Origin: Escherichia phage tuinn
Sequence record: MN850606.1
DNA length: 50,505 nucleotides
Reading direction: 5' to 3' (one strand)
Under the pieces are notes generated by a model that worked only from the letters and a program-made list of their open reading frames with translations, had not been told where the DNA came from and did no database searches. The stretch's first letter is position 1. Each line of letters starts with the position of its first letter. This document shows positions 47,500 through 50,505 of this stretch, piece by piece. The translations under genes were made by a program, and so were the position numbers.

Positions 47500-47817
47500 A
47501 TGGCAAAGATGAAACTAACGTTAGGCCCACTGCCTGATTTTAAGCTGCCTGTTTCTTTCGTGCTTCCAAATGGTGATGAGCAAGTTATTGTTTTTACCGT
47601 GCGCCACAAGAAGGCAAGCGAAATTCACGAACGATACACGGCAGAAAAGCCGATGAGCGACGTAGAAATGATCACCTTCCTTGCTTCCGGTTGGGATCTG
47701 GAAGATGAATTTAACGAGGAAAACGTTGCTAAATTGCTGGATTATTACCCGTCTGCGTCATTATCGCTGACTGGTCATTATATGAAAGCACTTGCGGGGC
47801 AGCGGGTAAAAAACTAA
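47500..47817 (+). CDS. tail assembly chaperone (lambda gpG-like)
   Basis: Position between major tail and tape measure; ends at slippery site. Confidence 0.7.
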   Translation: MAKMKLTLGPLPDFKLPVSFVLPNGDEQVIVFTVRHKKASEIHERYTAEKPMSDVEMITFLASGWDLEDEFNEENVAKLLDYYPSASLSLTGHYMKALAGQRVKN

Positions 47818-48134
47818 AGCGGGCGGTTTACCTGTTTTACCTCAAGCCGCCAACTGACGCACAATTAGAGGCCGTCGGCCTATCCCGTTCAGACTACGAA
47901 GGGGAGGAGCCGCCGGAGGTAATTTTTGATGAATCAATGTTTCAATCTTGGGATCTGTTTTGCGCTATGCAGACGCAATGGAGATCGACTAGCGGCAGTG
48001 TGTATGGGTTCGACTATAACGTTTTGCCTATGCTTTTTGACATTTACAAGATTGAGGATCGGGAGATGGCGCTAAATGATTTGCGCATCATGGAACAAAA
48101 GGCGCTAGAAATGATTCATTCAAACAAAACATAA
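47500..48134 (+). CDS. tail assembly chaperone fusion (gpGT-like) via programmed -1 frameshift at 47808..47814
   Basis: Heptamer A_AAA_AAC just before stop of G; -1 frame open, without stop, through ORF 47937..48134. Confidence 0.65.
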
Positions 48135-48154
48135 GCGCCGCGAGGCGCTTTTTT
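48134..48154 (+). terminator. hairpin + T-run before tape measure gene
   Basis: AGCGCC-GCGA-GGCGCT plus T6. Confidence 0.5.
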
Positions 48155-48173
48155 AATATCTGGAGGTTTTAAA

Positions 48174-50505
48174 ATGGCTGAAAAATACGCTGGCCTAACG
48201 CTAGGCGTTGACGTGTCGCAGGTCAACAATGCTGTTAAATCATTGCAGCAATTCAAGAAGGCAAACGACGACGCAAAAAAAAGCGTTAATGAATTTGTTG
48301 ATTCTGAGGTTGTGGCCCGACAGCAAGCAAAACAGCTTGCCGAAGAACTGGCGCGCCAGAAAGCAGAATTTAAGAAAATCCAGGAGTCAATTGATCCCAC
48401 TGCATCAAAGATGGATAAGCTGCGAAAGGCAGCGACACAGCTTGATGCGCTATGGAAAAAGGGCGTTGTTCCTGATCAGACTTTTTTTGAGCTTGGGGCA
48501 ATTCTTGAGACGCAGCAAAACAAGCTGATCGCAACCAAAAAAGCGATGACAGAGGAAGGCCGCGCGGCGCTTGAGGAATCAAAGAACAAGGCGCGTGCAG
48601 CGGAAGAGGCTAAAAAATTCGTCCAGGCTTTGCGTGAGCAGGAAGAAGCAGCAGGAAAAAGCAAGTCTGAATTGCTGGAAATGAAAGCGGCACAGCTTGG
48701 AGTTAGCCAGGAGGCAGCACCTTACATCGCAAGGCTGAAAGAGCAGGAAAAGCAGATCCAGAAACTTGGGATTTCTACAGGCCAATACAAACAAGCAATG
48801 GCGCAATTGCCAATGCAGATCACAGACGTGGTGACTTCACTTGCTTCTGGTATGCCAGTTTGGTTGGTCGCAGTCCAGCAGGGTGGACAGATCAAGGATT
48901 CTTTTGGTGGTGCATCCAATGCTTTAAAAGCGTTGCTATCTTTCCTGAATCCGGTAAACGTGGCGTTTGGCTTGCTTTCCGGCACGCTGGCAATTGCTGC
49001 ATATAATGCCTACAAAGCACAGACAGAGCTTGAGGCAATTAAAAAAACCGTTCAGGAAACAACTGGCTTGAGTGGTGAGTTTGCCGAAAAGATTGCTATA
49101 GGAATCCAGGAGCTTTCCGACAAGACAGGCGAAAGCGCCGAAGATCTGGCAAAGGCTTACATAACAACGAAAGACGGCGCGAGCGAGGCGATTAAAAAAC
49201 TGGTTGACGTTGGAATGACTTATGATGACGCAAAAAAGAAAGTCAACGAGTACAAGGGCGCGTCTAGCTTTGTCAGCTTGAATAACGAAATTGCAAACCA
49301 CAAAAACAAAGTCCTTGAGTTGGGCGAGTCGTGGTATGAAGTTTTGAAAGCTAAGCGTGATTACGCTTCCCCGTCCGGCGGCCTGTTAGGTAAAGAGCTT
49401 GGCTATGTTAATCCTATGCTTAAGTTTGCACTTAACACTTATGAAGACATTGGAAAGGTCGTAAAAGATGCGAATAAGGACATGGCGGAACGAGCGGAGC
49501 GAATCGACAAAGAAAACCTGGCCTTAAACAGAGTGCGCGCAGCACAGGAGGCTTTAAACAAAGCCATTGAGGATCAGAAAAATGTGGCGCGTTCGGCTGA
49601 TGAAGAACTGAAAAAGCGCGCGGCTGAAAACGTGGAGTTTAGGCGCAAAGAGCTTGAGGAAATCAAGAAGCAGGAGCAGAAAAAGAAAGAGGCTAAAGGG
49701 GGAATAGTTCGCGGCCCTACTGAGCAGCTTGATAAAGAGTTGTACGTTTTAAAGGCGCAACTGGAAACTCTTAAAGAGCATCGCACTGTTAACGATGTTA
49801 TTTCTCGCCAGCGTAAATCTTTATGGAGCATCGAAAAGCAGATCGAGATCCTGGAGAATGCGCAGAGCAAGCGTAAATTGACCGGAGCGGAACAGGCGCT
49901 ACTAAACGAGCAAAAGGCCGTTCTTGAAATGGCAAGACAAAAAGCTGAGCTAGGGGATCAGATTGTTTTGCAGGAGCGCAAAAACAAGCTGGAGCAAGAT
50001 AGTCTTAAGTTTATCCGTGAAACTGAGGCTGCTATTGATGCGATTGGCCTTAAGCAACTTGGATACACTGAAAAGCAGATCGAGCGTGAGCTAGAGTTAC
50101 GCAAGCTGCGCACCGACTACGAGGCGCAAGGCGGAAGCGTTAGCGACGAAGTTTTTCAGCAAATGGAGACGAAACTTAAGCTGTATTACCAGGCACAAGA
50201 CGAGGCGCAAGGCAACTGGTTAGCCGGAGCAAAGAACGCATGGGAGCTATTCGCGGAAGATGCAAACAATGCCTATGGCAATGTTCAGCAGATCGCAAGC
50301 GAGGCGTTAAACGGCCTTACAAACCAATTAGCGAATTTTATCGCTACTGGCAAGGCAAACTTTAAAGACTTCTCGACGGCTATCATCAAAATGATTATCC
50401 AGATGATCACGAAAATGGTCGTCTTTAATGCGTTATCTGGCCTGATGGGTGGTCAAACCTGGACGATGGGGAGCTTGCTTAAGAATATTGGCGGATTTGC
50501 TGGCG
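48174..50505 (+). CDS. tape measure protein, N-terminal segment (runs off window end, continues at 1..332)
   Basis: GGAGG RBS; long coiled-coil ORF with no stop in window; phase matches 1..332. Confidence 0.8.
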   Translation, partial: MAEKYAGLTLGVDVSQVNNAVKSLQQFKKANDDAKKSVNEFVDSEVVARQQAKQLAEELARQKAEFKKIQESIDPTASKMDKLRKAATQLDALWKKGVVPDQTFFELGAILETQQNKLIATKKAMTEEGRAALEESKNKARAAEEAKKFVQALREQEEAAGKSKSELLEMKAAQLGVSQEAAPYIARLKEQEKQIQKLGISTGQYKQAMAQLPMQITDVVTSLASGMPVWLVAVQQGGQIKDSFGGASNALKALLSFLNPVNVAFGLLSGTLAIAAYNAYKAQTELEAIKKTVQETTGLSGEFAEKIAIGIQELSDKTGESAEDLAKAYITTKDGASEAIKKLVDVGMTYDDAKKKVNEYKGASSFVSLNNEIANHKNKVLELGESWYEVLKAKRDYASPSGGLLGKELGYVNPMLKFALNTYEDIGKVVKDANKDMAERAERIDKENLALNRVRAAQEALNKAIEDQKNVARSADEELKKRAAENVEFRRKELEEIKKQEQKKKEAKGGIVRGPTEQLDKELYVLKAQLETLKEHRTVNDVISRQRKSLWSIEKQIEILENAQSKRKLTGAEQALLNEQKAVLEMARQKAELGDQIVLQERKNKLEQDSLKFIRETEAAIDAIGLKQLGYTEKQIERELELRKLRTDYEAQGGSVSDEVFQQMETKLKLYYQAQDEAQGNWLAGAKNAWELFAEDANNAYGNVQQIASEALNGLTNQLANFIATGKANFKDFSTAIIKMIIQMITKMVVFNALSGLMGGQTWTMGSLLKNIGGFAG

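Noticed and set aside
48116-49870. Several minus-strand ORFs (e.g. 48936..49301, 49574..49870) and plus-strand ORF 48208..48528 in the track
   Set aside because: They lie inside the long coiled-coil tape measure ORF (48174..50505, wrapping to 332) in other frames or antisense; no RBS; judged to be shadow ORFs.

Overview
The window reads most simply as one complete, circularly permuted ~50.5-kb genome of a virulent T1-like siphophage of enterobacteria (family-level assignment is inference from gene content, not a database match). The tape measure gene starts at 48174, runs off the window end and continues in frame at 1..332, so the window wraps. Modules: lambda-like tail tip (gpM/L/K/I/J-like, 335..6474); minus-strand accessory genes incl. 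a lipoprotein (6501..7665); recombination (PD-(D/E)XK exonuclease, Erf, SSB, 8167..10708); two tail fibre genes on the minus strand (10741..13745); replication (primase, HTH protein, helicase, VRR-NUC, Dam methylase, metallophosphoesterase, 13852..20581); lysis (holin, SAR-type lysozyme, unimolecular spanin, 20727..21825); a minus-strand early block (21840..28125) with a compact C5-cytosine methylase and a 526-aa P-loop protein; a plus-strand early block (28819..36915) with a HAD phosphatase and a P-loop kinase; and the late morphogenesis operon (36994..50505). No tRNA, CRISPR array, integrase or transposase was seen. Main hunt results: a strand-specific ~20-bp motif (AAATAGCACTTTTTGTTAAAAC) in 18 intergenic copies, a duplicated ~230-bp non-coding region, an in-frame TAG inside a tail fibre chaperone domain, a frame-disrupting A7 tract at the start of the HAD phosphatase gene, and a small methylase operon. 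All protein calls rest on motif recognition by eye; none was checked by search.
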